DNA of 64,000 nt. Source: Orbicella franksi. Taxonomy: Eukaryota. Below, piece by piece: positions 1 through 13,800 of the stretch. The position numbers were made by a program, and so were the translations under genes. Numbering within the stretch: the stretch's first letter is position 1; each line of letters starts with the position of its first letter. The notes below the pieces were generated by a model that ran no database searches, was not told the DNA's origin, and saw only the letters and a program-made list of their open reading frames with translations. The DNA lies in NCBI GenBank assembly GCA_964199315.1, contig OZ116706.1:27838001-27902000 (forward strand), written 5' to 3'.

Positions 1-2459
1 TTTTCTAACTATCGCGGAAAATTCTAAATATCCCAAAAAATATCCGGATATTTATGTAAAGCCCTAATGGACGGCTTGCCTTTAGGGAAAATTTCCAACC
101 ACACTCAACTTTTTCTGCAAGCAAGCGTTTCATACATACGAGAGTTTTTTTTTGGAGACGGCATTAACCATCAGCCGAATTTTAATACTGCGTAAAATTT
201 CGCAGTTTGTGGGAAAAATAATCTTAACACACACTGACAATAGAATACACCAGGTTTAAACAGACTTTTTGACATCCGTCGGCGATGTTATAAACAACAA
301 ATTATCTGGGCGGGAGACGTTATTCTCTGCTTAAAAGGTAGAACAGAAATTGCTTTGCTTTTGTCGAGCTGGGATGAAGTAAGACCGTCTTGTCAGTCAA
401 ATCGAGCAAATGACAAGCGTTAGATATTGGCTTCTTTTCTTTTGTGTTTTAGGATTAGATCAGTGAACATGTCTCGTTTTCACCTAAAACATAGTGCTGC
501 TCTTTTGAAAAGACTCGACGCATCTAATTCAAATAAAAAATGATTTATTCCGTCTTCAAACTGACCAATACTTTTTTCATACCTGTATGAAATTTTTGAT
601 CAGATTGTTTCAGTGGCTGAAAACTCATAGCAAAACCCGGCCTTCAAAGGGTTTCCCAAATTTTACTGGTTATAATCTTCAGACATTTTTCCCCATAAAA
701 TTTAAGAAAAAACTGTAATTAAAATAGACAACGAAGCTGAGACGTTTTAGGCCATTAAGACATAATTTATGATCACTGCTCAAAACCTTAGACAGGTTGC
801 CAATTCATTTTCCCAACAGATGTTTCTGACAGTAGAAATGTTTTTCTCTCAATAAGACGCCAAAAAGTCTCTCTAATAGCTAAATACTTCACTGCTAGAT
901 TTATGCATTCTGACAATTCTATCATTCTTGACCTAAAACCGTTTTTCAGACATAAAAAAATTCATCGAAATTCGTGAGTTGAAAAACATGCATGTCGGCC
1001 ATAAAGAATTGTTTTGCCTTTCCTTGCGTCACCTTTAAACTGGAAACAATAAGATTAAAGCTCGACTGATGGAAATATTGCTTTTGGTTTTTTGTTTCAA
1101 TAAGATGAAATTTCGGTAAAACGTCGTTTGCCTTTTAATTCAAAAACTGAGTGTTTGATATTATGTTACTTAGAGACCGTTAAGATGGTAGCGAGGTCCG
1201 GCGAAAGAGCAGTGAACTAACTGCATGAACGCAAACCAACAACCTGGTAAGACGAAAAAAGAGTAAAAACGAACTTTAAAGTGTTAACCACAGGTCCAAA
1301 TATACACCCACAGCTAAAAGAAAGCATCTCACCCGATCTCGTGCAGGCATTTTAATCATTTCGACGAGCGCGCGTGAATATATTAAGCACTTGCTTTGTG
1401 CAGTACTGGCCGACGTCTTGCTGTTAATGGCCATTTAATAACTCTGTCTAGAATTAAAAGTTAAAGTAAACATACTGTCCAATGATATTCGGACAGCAGA
1501 CAAAGCGATTCGTCGAGTTAAATGTCAATTGCCTTTGTAGAGCATTTTTAACTCGGAGATAAATTGTGAGGGTTTCGTTTAGTCGATGCAAGACTCGCAA
1601 GTGACTGCAGTGACAACAATGTGGAACACCGAATCCCAAGATACTAGATAGTGTTTTTATCGAAAGAAAAACAGAAAATCGCTAAATAAACCCAGTCTCT
1701 TCTCTTAAATATAATTGGGAAAAATTACGTGATGTTATAAAAGTCTTCACCGAGTCGCTTTTATGCGTAAGAAGTACAGCTGGGAAATACAGAAAATGAG
1801 GAAGTTGATTGTTATCAGAAAGAACCGACTTCAGATTGAAGTGTGATAGGACAGCCTTATAAAAATTTGCCCTCATATTCATCAAACGTATTTTAAACAG
1901 TTTTGGGAAGTTAAAACAAATGTTTTGATTTGAAAAATGGTAATTTATGATAATGTTGGTCGACTTATTAGCTATTGAGGTAATTTCAATCCAAGACACA
2001 GTTGTTTTGACATATAAATGAGAGGTTTAAGGCTTCAGTCGTGTTTAAAAGCTATTGACAAATAACTGACCAATGGCGTGCTGATAATTTCCCGTATCAC
2101 ATAGTAAAAAAAAAGAAGTGAATAATAGACACGTTTTTACTCACTCCTCCCACGAGTGGGAAAAAATACGCTCGCTTAGTTAAAAGGCCCTTTGGCACGA
2201 AGTCAACAGCTGTTTGGCTTATTAGAAGCCATTTAAGCTGCGGTAACGCCGGAGTACACCACATTTCCTCGGTTTAATTCTCGAATTGCTATTTCTTCTC
2301 GCCACTGATCTGGTGACCTCAGCGAAGATCGCAGGCAAATGGGCAAAGGGCTAATGCTTGTTTGATCACTAAACACAAACAATTTAAGAGTTTGATTTCT
2401 GGACACCGTTGTACTTTACCATACATCGCAACTGCAGGGAAGGAGCGGAAGAACACAAG

Positions 2460-3473
2460 ATGAAGAATTCTGCCGAGGAAAACACAACGACAATCTCGTT
2501 GCTCAATTTTGTCAGCAATGCGACCAACACCTTGAAATTTGCTCTGGACAAGCCAGTCAAACCGAAGAGAAAAGTGAACCATCGAAAGTACCTTCAACGC
2601 CAGCTCAAAGGCAAGGCATCTTCTACAACATGTACGATGTCTTACGAGAGTTCTTGGATGAGCCACGGCGAGGTACTCGACCATGTTTTAAAACCGGGAC
2701 AGCAACAGAACTCTTCCGGGGAACGATCTTCAACCAAAAACTCCAAGGAAAACCGCGCCGAAAAGTTACAAGCGCTAGAAATCAATACGCCTGCATTTAA
2801 TCACGAACAAGGGAAGGGAAAGACAAGAGACATAAAGCGGAAGCAGCGAATAAGCGATGCGAGGTTTCCCGAAGAGATTTTTTCTACGCCTTCGCAACCA
2901 CTTAGAAAACGAAATCTCCCCGAGTCGTTTTGGAGCGAGCCATCGTCAGCCAAAGTATCGCGTCAATCTGTGCAAGCAACTCGCCACCCAACCGCAAGTT
3001 TCACGAACAACGATTTGCAGCGCTCTGAACTTGAAATGCTAGATTGGCTTCGTCCCGAGTTGGACGATTTCATTGAGCGTTGGTCGGAAGAGAGCGATTG
3101 TGCGTCGAACAATTCAAGTCGCCCTGCCAGTTTATCTGATGGCAGTTCCTCAGTGGATCCGTATTCACCGTACTCGGACGAATCAGAAAATAATCTCGCA
3201 TCTATGGACGAATTTTTCGAACAGCGCGTACCGTTTTCGTTCGACAATTCCGCGAAAGCGGAAGATTTTAGAGCCCCTTCCGTAAGAAGCTACGCAACTT
3301 CACACACTGTTAATGACATTGCCTGTAACATGCAGCAAAATTACAGTCAAAGGCAGGCGACCCACGCATCTACCTGTTATGGGGGAAATTATGGTTTTTC
3401 GGCATCTAAATGGAGCGCGGCAAACCAAACTCGGGCGAGTTATTTCGAAAATGGTTACAATATTCTCTCGTAA
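2460..3473 (+). CDS. FAM181: FAM181-family protein (337 aa), single coding exon
   Basis: ORF 2409-3473, first ATG at 2460. Contains [36 protein letters not shown] (FAM181 N-terminal signature, cf. [22 protein letters not shown]) and [15 protein letters not shown] (YAP/FAM181-type omega-loop motif). A versus B paralog cannot be assigned. Confidence 0.88.
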   Translation: MKNSAEENTTTISLLNFVSNATNTLKFALDKPVKPKRKVNHRKYLQRQLKGKASSTTCTMSYESSWMSHGEVLDHVLKPGQQQNSSGERSSTKNSKENRAEKLQALEINTPAFNHEQGKGKTRDIKRKQRISDARFPEEIFSTPSQPLRKRNLPESFWSEPSSAKVSRQSVQATRHPTASFTNNDLQRSELEMLDWLRPELDDFIERWSEESDCASNNSSRPASLSDGSSSVDPYSPYSDESENNLASMDEFFEQRVPFSFDNSAKAEDFRAPSVRSYATSHTVNDIACNMQQNYSQRQATHASTCYGGNYGFSASKWSAANQTRASYFENGYNILS

Positions 3474-6400
3474 AACCAAACGAAACATTCTCGGTTAGGA
3501 CTTGGAACACTGTTTTTAGCATAACGCGCGTGCTAGGAGCAATTTTAATAATTTCAATAAATTGTAGACGATATTCCATTTTGCCGCCACTTAAAAAGTG
3601 TTTTACTAATTTGTAAATTATTACGAAAGACTTTGGCAATATCGGAATTGGAAAGTTCTGTACGTTGCTTTGGTTGTCAAATTTGACTGTTAGCTTCGCT
3701 AGAAGCTCGACAACTGTCATTTCCTTGACGCATTAAGACTTCTGTATTTGCGTATTACATGTGAAATAATTTAAACGTATTTTTCTCACTCATACCCAGT
3801 TTATAACCTTTTAAGAAGACCTCTCCAATGTTCTGACTCGAAATATTGAACTTTATGTTAGATCCGTGCGTAAAAGCATAATTTTGTTAGAAAATTTCAA
3901 TATCTATAATTTTGAGATGATGTTTGATCGGCAAGAAAAATTAGAAATCCACAACAAGGAACCAATTTTAGCATTTTCTCTGACCAGAGAGAATATTAAA
4001 AAATAACACTAGTTGCAATTTTACCTCTATTAAGCTCACTTGTAGCTCTGTATTTAATATTTGAAGAATATATTAAACTTAAACAACGAAACAAGATTTT
4101 TTTCTTCAGTGTTCCTCTTGCGTAACCGGGCCAGTTTGACAATGGAGACCTTTTGTGCGTGCTGTGTTTGATATTTTGATATCCAAATAAAAGTGAATTC
4201 GCACAAATTTTGGAGACGCAGTTTGGCTGCGGCATGTGTACAGCTGCTTGCGAACACAGACATGTCTTATCAAATGGCCATCACAAGTTTATCACTGCTT
4301 TGTTTAAGCTTTTTTCAGAGCCGTAATTATTTTTTAAGGAGTATGCCATTTGCCCAACCGCAAGGTTTAAAGCAGTTTTCAAACGCGCACACGATTGTCC
4401 CAAAATAAATACGGTATTTTGTTTCTTTAAGGAAAATAAACGCTCAAAATTATTTGTGACATTAAGAATGCTATTTCTTTAATCTTTCAAGCGGCAGAAG
4501 CGATTAGGAGGTTTATCCGAACAAAAGGAAATCAAAACAATTCGCTAAACAGAGTTATCATACCACGAGGTGGAGATGTAAAAAGGCCTGTCTCATCAAT
4601 TTTTCATTACATGGTTTTTATTAACAAGTTCACCTTTTGCGCGCAGTTTAGGTCCAGTTGAGAGAAAGAAACAAGGAAAATGCTCTTTCTAGAGACAAAG
4701 TAAAACATTCTAAAAGCGTTGTTTTTTCGTGCATGCAGAGGCTTAAAATTGTAAGAACGGGGAAAAGATTTTATCTTCAAATCGTCAATTTTTTTATGCG
4801 TCGTATGTTATCGCTTTCTCTTTCAATAGATGGTCTGTAGTTAATTGGAAGATATGTTATTAAAATTCTCCCAAAATAACGCCAGGCACTCGATGAAACT
4901 GAACTGTCAAAACTATTTCTGCAGTTTAAGAAATTATGGTACCACGATGGTTTGTGTTTATCGCTAAAACTAGTAGACATCATTGAATTAAGACAATGCA
5001 TCGTAGACTTTTAGCTGGATGATAATTTTGTGGTTAAAAATAACTCGGCGCTTCGGGCAACGAGAGATGATGGTTGAAAAAGATTTAAACTAAATGGACG
5101 AGCAGAAAATAATAGCCCGCGTTTTTAGCAAATATTCGCACACGACTGTCCGCAGGCGAGTTCGCGCGTTATTCTGTTGCAAATTGAATTTTAGCAGTAT
5201 ACCAAAATTAAAACCGTGTCCCATTTGCATCTTGTCAAAGCTTTCAGCTCAAGGGTGCTGTCATTTCTAAGCTGAATAAATTGTGTGTTTGTGTCGGGTA
5301 TTTTAGCTTTCAGAGAACAGACTTTGGCAGGTGTTCGCAGTTCTTCACCACTCAAAAATCGAGTATGTCGTTAACTTTTGTCAAAGTCAAGTGACTGCCC
5401 GTTAGCATGTATTTTTTGCTGGGTTATTTGCTGTTTGTTGTTTTTGCTGCGCACTTGATACGAAAATAAAGTTATTTATCCACTCCAGCACAGCAGACAT
5501 ATTTTTTCTGCCCTCCTCAGTAAGACCACTATTAAACACTCTTATACACTGTTGTAAAGACAAACTTTGACTCTACCTGCACTCCAATATTTTTGTTAAT
5601 TCTACACACATACCGAGACAAATAAGCAAGTTGGATCAAGGTGACAGACAGTTGTTCATCTTGCTTGCCGTTCTACAGTTATTTGCGTTATTGGAGAATT
5701 AAGAAAAAGCCCATTTCAACTCAACTTTGAGGGAAATTTACTGCTATTTGAGACGGAAAGGATTTTCGACCACCAAAATTCCAAGCGAAAGCTAAACGCG
5801 GTGGGTTTCCTAATTATTTTTAACGATCAAAATTCGGACAAGCAGCCAAGTGTAAATTGCGTTCGGCAGGTGGTATTTTGTATGTTTAGCTCTTGCTTTA
5901 ATGGCTTTTCTCAAACTCTGTCCCACATATAAAACAGAAGCTCACACTCTTTCAAGTTATTTACACCCACGAAATAAATTTAGACCGCATGTTAAAAAAA
6001 AATCGAAGCCGACAAAAAATGCAATAGTCAAAGAGCATTTCGTACCTTTTTCGCATATTACTTGTAAGGTTGTGTCATTCAACGATAATTTATTCATAAT
6101 CACGAAGGGTTTCACGGAATTTTTTTTTGTACTTTGATTTTACCTACATCATTTAGTCGCTCAAGACGTTGTCTACCTTCAAAGTTGATCTTAAATTTCA
6201 GGAGTGGTTTTCTCAACATTACTTCAACAAATTATTAAAATGTACTTTTAACAGCCTTAACAGTCAAGTGTCAGTCCTTAACGAGTGTTTAGCAACATAG
6301 CGTCTTTGTTTAGTTCGTTACTCATATATCGACGAAAAATTAAGGAACAACGAAATTTCGCGTCGATCTGTGGTGTCGGCTGATTGACAAAAGTATCGAG

Positions 6401-8371
6401 TATACGCAATGACTTCTTGAACAAAAAAAATGCACCATTTTCGATAGTCATCGGTTTATAGTCAGTGAGGAACTAAAGGTAAATTTTTAATGGCGGTTGT
6501 TCAAGCGAAAAACAAGCTTAAAGAATGGCAAGACAAAGGCATACAGGAAAATAGGTCAATAATGTGCCTTTTCAAAACACAACAATAAAGTCGCTATAAT
6601 ATTATGCTTTGAAGGCAGATGTTTCGAAATGAAAAATTCCATATGTCGGCAGTATCCATATTAGCATTACGGAGGATCCACGGGGAAAAAGGGGCTGCGC
6701 TGCTTGCATCAAAAGCCTGCGTTGTTTGATACCTGTTTTTGTAAATTCTAGCCGTTGCTCTGTATTGCACACGCTTTTTTTAATTCACCTGGAAAACGGC
6801 GACCTTAAATTAAGCTTTTGTTTCGCGCTTTTCAAGACAAATATCTCAAACGCTCTTTTGCCGTTTTATTTTTTCAGTTTAAATAACAGCCCGTCGAATG
6901 AAACGGCTTCCTTGTTCCTGAACTGAGATAATGTTGTTAGGCTCCGCATGTTTAGCACAAAAAATTAACATGATAAAAAGGAAAACTATATCGAAAACAA
7001 GCACATGGACTACGTAGCAGGACATTTATTAAACGTTAGGCAGTTGAAAAAACAAAAACAGAAGAGCAATAACAAGGAAAGATTGATTGTTTACAACTGC
7101 ATTTTAAAAAAGGTAAACTGGCCAACTGGTTAATCTTGTTTGTTCAATTAGTTCGCGAAGCGATGCTCGTAAGCTAGAAACCCAAAATCGTTTCTTTTCC
7201 ACCGCTGGGTGTTTTGTCCTTGTATTCAGGATGACTGGTACAGCGGAAATCCCATGAAAGGGGGAAGTTTTCCTCGATGCAGTTATTCCAATATTTTGAG
7301 GTAACCGGCAGGTGCAGTCAATTAGCACCTCTTATGCTCTGTAAAATGGACAAAAAAATGTGCTTGGCCGCCCCCGAACAAAGCGAAATCACATCGAAAA
7401 AGAACAAAGAGGAATCACTGACTTTTCACATGGCAACAGAAAATGTTACTTTGAAAAGGACAAACATGAAATCCTTTCTTAGTACACAATAAAATGCGGT
7501 ACACAATGGAAATCATAGATTAACTTCTATAAGCAAGGTGACTTCAACACTGATCGCGTTGATCTTCGGTTCGAAGAACGCCAGCTAAACTGAACCATTG
7601 TTCCTTCGTTATACCAGGAACTTCTATTTATAGTAGGCTGAGAGATTGAGAAAGAAATCTCCGAGGTGGAGTTTATAAAACAAAATGCACGGTATAGATA
7701 ATAGTTTTGATTCCAGCGAATCAAAATTTTGCCAATAAACTAGGTTCTCAGTCACTGATTTCAGTAGGTTTCTCAAATCGTGCAGAGTCCCTTGATACAA
7801 TCTTTTGTCCCCAAGTTTCACGGCGGGTTTAAATCAGTGTTCATTAGGATAATGGAAGCATGCTATTTGTGAGTCTATTGTTCAGAGTGAAGTATCAACA
7901 TTACACCTGCAACATGCCTTAAAAAGACAAAACGACTCTAAGTTGTGACCGTGATGTTCAATGTATTCGACCTGTCATTATTTGAAATCTGGCCCCACTT
8001 ACGGTGAAAGATGTCACTGATATATCTGAAGTCACGGAAGTTAAAAACACCAAATTGCGCTTTGCCACACGAAAGTGAGAAATGCAAAGAAAACATATGA
8101 AAATGGACTAAGGTACGAGCCAGATTCCACGATAGGTGTCACTTGGAAGTTAAACAGTTTCACAAGTTTGCGTGCGTGAGAGAGGGTGAGAGTGCGATTT
8201 CTGACAGCACGCAATTTTCACCTCTCAGATTTGCTGGCAGATCAAAAGAGAGTTTAATTAACATGTCATACTTTCAGCTAGTCCTTTTTGGGGGCCACCC
8301 ACTGAAAGCGATGAACAGGAAAATAATGGAGAAATAAAATATGAAACAGAAAAGTGTTTGGTTGAGTTTAT

Positions 8372-8663
8372 GGGTGCTTACCAACTCTCAGAATGAACCG
8401 TTTGGGATCACCGTTGAATAATGGTAATGTTTTTTTTCCAAATCAGCAAACCAACCGAACGAGATGGCGCTTACCATTTACAACTCGATTTCCCGTAATT
8501 GTTTCGGCTGATGAGAGACTGGAAACTGGAAAATTTAGCAAATGGTAAGGAAGATCATCTCTGGAGGTAGTGAACAATTTCCGAACAGATTTTCTTAAAA
8601 ATTACAGTTCCCTTTGACTTTCAACCGGAATTTCCGGATTTTCTGGCTAAATGGTAAGCAATC
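8372..8663. mobile_element. Non-autonomous DNA transposon (MITE-like), about 290 bp
   Basis: Inverted termini GGGTGCTTACCA... and ...AATGGTAAGCAATC; further (G)CTTACCATTT / AAATGGTAAG copies inside; no coding capacity. Confidence 0.5.
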
Positions 8664-10822
8664 TACTGTATATTATATCATATTATTATTATTATTATAT
8701 GCTGTGAGGTTTTTTTTTGACGGTTTGAAATTGCGGTCTGAAAACCGACACAGGATTCTGTTGTCCGTTTTTCGTTTTCCATGCATTTTGCTATCGCGCA
8801 TTCTTTTACCCAGCGCTCCTTTGTCTTCTTGGTTTCACGTGACCGAAAGAAGCAAAACCTCCTCGGTCCCAGGTTTCCCGAATAGTGAAAAAAGCGGCCT
8901 TCCTTTGACGGAGCACGAGTTTGCTACGATTGGAATACCGACAGCCAATCATATGTTCCTATAGCTATGGCCGCTTCCAACCACAAAAGCAAGCAATCAA
9001 ACAAGTGCGACTAACATCACTGAAATTTCCCCTTGCAAGTCTTCACTTTCTCCTGTAGATATACGGTTTGGGCAGACGGTGATGCAAAGACACTAACAAG
9101 AAACAAATTTTAAATGTTTGAGTAGGTTTTTAAACACCTAAAATCTCAGGCATTACACAGGGCTATGGACGAGTATGAAACCTTTTAGTATGAATCTACT
9201 AGCGTTCTATCTCGAATGTCGTTCTCTGATTGGCTACGTTACTATGTATCTCTTCTGTTGTAGATTGCGAGTGTGCGGTTGTTAGCAAAATGGCGGCCGC
9301 TATGTCTATGAAGGATATTTGAATAATTTACTTTCAACTTAAAAGTTTTAAACGACTAGTAGATTAGTAGTAGGCCACCAACTGAAGGAACGTTGACGAT
9401 TAAAAGGATGAAAAAACTTCATATTTTTATGTTTGGAAATTTATTATTTCAATATATCTTCCTTCCGCATTTTGCCATTGTCCATGATGAGCTTAGCAAA
9501 GAGCGCATCTCGCAGGCAAGCAAAAGCACTGCTGAGGAAAAAGAGTGTTACTTTGAAATACAAATAAGAAGCCTAGCTGTGAATTGCAGACACATAAAAG
9601 ACACAATAAAGATGGCAGACACGATAAAGACAGCCGCGACAAAAACAAACCACAAGACCTTATCAAGAGAGGACGAAGGATAACAATTAATTCCCCATAT
9701 GCGCCTTACTCCTAAAGTAATCCTTTTCAGATTATTTCAGACCACTCCCAGTCATCCCAAGGGGGTCTAGAAAACATCCAATCATGTGATGCGGATTTTG
9801 CTCACGTGGGCAGTCCAAGCGGCTTTACACGCGTTTTAATCCTGCACGAAAACATCCACGCAACACGCGTGGTAACAATATCTGCTGAAGAACTGGGTAC
9901 CATGTATAACAATAACTTGAGAAGGATTACCTTGGGAATAAGCCTTATATGGGGATAAACACTCTCTCACTCTTCATCCTCTCCTGACCATATTCACAAT
10001 AGCCGCCATAATGTTTTTCAAGTTATCGTGCTAATTAGCCATGCGGTCTCGCAGGGGGATAACGTTGGAAAAAAGACAGTTCTCGGAAAATTGCCTTGTC
10101 CCAATAGTGAGGCATTTCTGTCAAAATCTTTTTTGAGAGCCAAATTATGGAGTGCTGATTCCATTCTGCTACGTTGATATTATCTGAAATAATAGAAACC
10201 AGGTAAAATTTGCTGATTTTAACTTATTTGCCCCCTCAGAAATCATGCGCAAAATTATCACGTCAAAACAAACACGACGGCTATCGTAAATAAAGTAAAA
10301 CAAAAAAGGAAATCAAGAAAATTTTAAAATAAGGCACACCAATGAGAACACGAGCCCGGGTAACCGTTCGATTTGGTACAATCCTACAAGGTATAAAATC
10401 CTAACTACATCAATTATAAGCCAAGGAGTTGGTGACGTCACTTGGTGCGTCAATAACTCCTTTTTTGGAGGCAAAGAAATGTTTCTAACAAGTTGATTGG
10501 TCTAAGAAGATAACCTTGAATACTTTGAGTTGGTTTCTTTGGGTTTTGTTTTTAAAACATCAAGGAAAAAGGTAAGACTTAATGTCTGTTAGTAAGAAAA
10601 TATTTTGTCTAGTTCCAAGTTGCTGTAAATCAGTAAAAATTTGTTGACGTAATAACCTTTAAAAACACCTTTTGAGGTATTATAAAAAAAAAACGGTTAT
10701 TTAAAAAGAAATTTCTGTTTAAAAGAATTCTATGAAAATGCAAATCGTAGAAAAAGAGGAAAGCAGAGAGACACTACTTGTAAAAGGTGGGCGAGTCAGC
10801 CATGCAGCCATGCCTGCTATGG

Positions 10823-13800
10823 TCACATGCCAATGGTCATCGCCCAGGCTGGGTCAGTTATCACGTGATCTAAACTGGGCAATGCGCTGTTTGCTTGAGA
10901 CTGGGCTCCAAGCTGAACTGGGGGTTCTTTGTTCTCCTGTTATGTAAAAACCGAAAAAATAAATGTAAATAGCACACCATGATTTGAAAATCAAGATGCT
11001 TTTCAATGCTAGTGATAAGGATTTACCAAACTTATAGTTTGACTCTTCAATAAACTAACTTGAATTTTTTCTAACTCACATTGCTCTATTTGTTGCTCAT
11101 TTTGCATTAAAGAAAGAGGAAAATGAAAACATAATTTCCCGCTTTTATATTCTTCATTCTATTTGTAAACTGTGAATTTTGGTATCACCTAGGGCAGTCA
11201 GCGTGGTGGATCCAGACCTTGAGCTAAGGGGGGAGGGGGGTTGTGCTTGCCCTACCAGCTTTTCTTCCTTCTGCAAGTTTTTTTTACCCAAAATAAGGGG
11301 GGGGGGGGGGCCCAGGCCCCTCCCCTAGATCTGCCACTGTTCAGGACAGAACATCAATATTTTTTCTGATCAACATATCAGGCATGGAATTCATTAGATT
11401 TCTTCATAGAGGAAAGCATTCAATAACTTACAATGTCTTTATCATAGTCCTTGTTTACCTGTTTTAGAAAGGTACAGTATCTTTGAGACGACAAGTAAGG
11501 CTTGTGCCACACTCAGATAAATCTCCTTTAGGGAACAATTCAAATTTTTCAAGGAGTGTACTCTCCTTCAACATGCGAGTCAGTCCCAGGACAGGAAGCT
11601 TTTAAATGGAATATACTATTTACCTGAAATATAACATTTACCTGAAGCATCTGGAGCAAGAAGTCATCCTGCATTGTTGGAGCTTGCAGTCTTCCTGGCA
11701 CAATCTGGTTTGACCAGTGCTGTGACAAGACAACCTGCTTAAGTCAGAGACAGAAGCTTTACTCAGCACTTGTAAAAAAAAGTTAATGCTACTAATTTTC
11801 ATTTACTAGTCTGACACATGGGAGTTTTCTCGTTCCTTAAAGATTTGATTTCTTCGTCACACCAAGATATTATTTTTACCTTTCACATGTGAAGTTAAAG
11901 TTGAATTTGCCTTTTTTCACACAGAAAATAACATTTTCTTGAGTACAATTCATTAAAATGGTTGTCTAGTTAATTTGAACATTTTTGTTTACAGTCCTGA
12001 CCTCAGTTAACGTGACTACTGTTTTCAGTGCTTTTAAAATTACTAACAATCTGAGATGTCTTAGATTTGAATGTTTCATCGATATCCCATAGAATAAAAA
12101 GAACATTACGCTTGGAGACACGAATTTTATCTTCTCACAAGTGCTGATGGCATACGTCACTTGTTTGCTTCTTCCCTCACTTTATTTACTAGTCTGACAC
12201 ATGGAATTTTCCTTGTTCTTTAAAGATTTGATTTCTTTGTGACATGAAGATACTATTTTAACCTTTCACATTTGAAGTTAAAGTTGAATTTCTCTTTTCA
12301 CACAGAAAATAACATTTGCTGCTAAAAATAACTTTGTTTGCTGAGCTCATTCCCAAAAAATACCATCAGCACTCAATAATAAAACTGATATCCCCAGACA
12401 GTCATGAAATGTTCTCTGTATTCGTCCAAAACAAATTGAAATCACAGACAATATCATACTAATCTTATATTTAAGATTATTTTTAATATATTGCTAATGT
12501 CATTGTTCACATGTTCATCATGTGGGTACGAGCGAAATATTACAACAATCCCAATTTTTTTACAGGGAGGGTTTCACCGTTCAGCATATGTACGTCTGTA
12601 TTATTAATTTGCCTGTGCATGCTTTTTGACAAGGGTCCAGTTTTTCGTTGTTTATGGACCAATCGTAAGCAAGTTACCTAATTTTGCATACAAGTAGCCA
12701 AAAGGGTCATAAGGGTCATAAGGGTCAACACTAAATTCAATGGTTGACAACCTTGGTAAAATTGACTGAAATCTTCTGAGAATTTTGGTCATCTGTCATT
12801 CTGCCACGAATAACTATAGCACACGATTACTGAAGTACATGGGGTTTTTAAAGCAATAACATTGATAAGAAGCAGAAAAAGTATTTCGATTTAGAGACAT
12901 GCGCTGAACCATGAAATCCTCCCTTTAACAAACCTTTTATGTTTACAGTTCTGAAACAGGTTTGAATTCACGATTTGCCCAGCTTTGTTCAATGTGTCTT
13001 TGTTTAAACACATACTGTGAATTAAGTGTAAATCAATAAATATATGAATTTAAAAGATACAGTTGTAGTTTGGTTTAACTTTTGTGCTGAGAAACCTTGG
13101 GCTGAGAAAATTTTCTGTTCATAGCTAATATGACCAAAAAAATGTTCATATCTAGTATGAACAGAAATCTGTTTTGCTGTTCATAAAACTTAAAATTTTG
13201 GCCATGGGTTACTTGAGAAACTGTCAAATATCATTTTAGCTTAAGCTATTTAGATCACTTACCTGACTTGTTTGAGGATCTGGTGCAGACATCTGTGTAG
13301 TCGTAATCTGACAACTAGTTGGCAGTGAAAATGCCTGGCTAAAGTTTGTGACAGGAAAACTCATTTGACTTTGGTGTGCCATTCCTACAACAGTTGAAAG
13401 GTTTCCTCCAGTTGTTGGTGGTGTTGATGAACTTGACAACATCAAACTTTGAAAAGATGGCCCCCTTTGCTCGGCTTGGGAGGCGATGTTTGCACTTGGG
13501 AAGATAACCTTCTGGATTGCTTGGTATGGCAGTGGATTCTGCGGTAATCTAGTGTGAACATTCTGTTGCTTAATAAAGCCAGGAGCTGACCTGGGCTGAT
13601 TGAAAGAACTCACGACAGATGTTGCAACCTTCCTTTGAGGTCCAAGGGAGAGGTCTTTCACAGAGTCAATCACAGCTACACCTGAATTACTAACACTGTT
13701 CAACACATTCTGTTGGTAACTACATGTAAACACTTTATCTATTTTAGGAACATGCTGAATTGCCATGGTTACTGGCTGCATGGGAGCCATTTGATGCGAA

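Noticed and set aside
2319-3285. Antisense and off-frame ORFs overlapping FAM181
   Set aside because: No recognisable motifs; explained by the FAM181 coding sequence.
8500-8535. CTGATGAG...GAAAC hammerhead-like string
   Set aside because: No stem II can form; lies inside a MITE.
3500-10700. Many 60-116 aa ORFs in the FAM181 to RFXAP-like intergenic region
   Set aside because: No domain motifs or consistent splice structure; lengths expected by chance.
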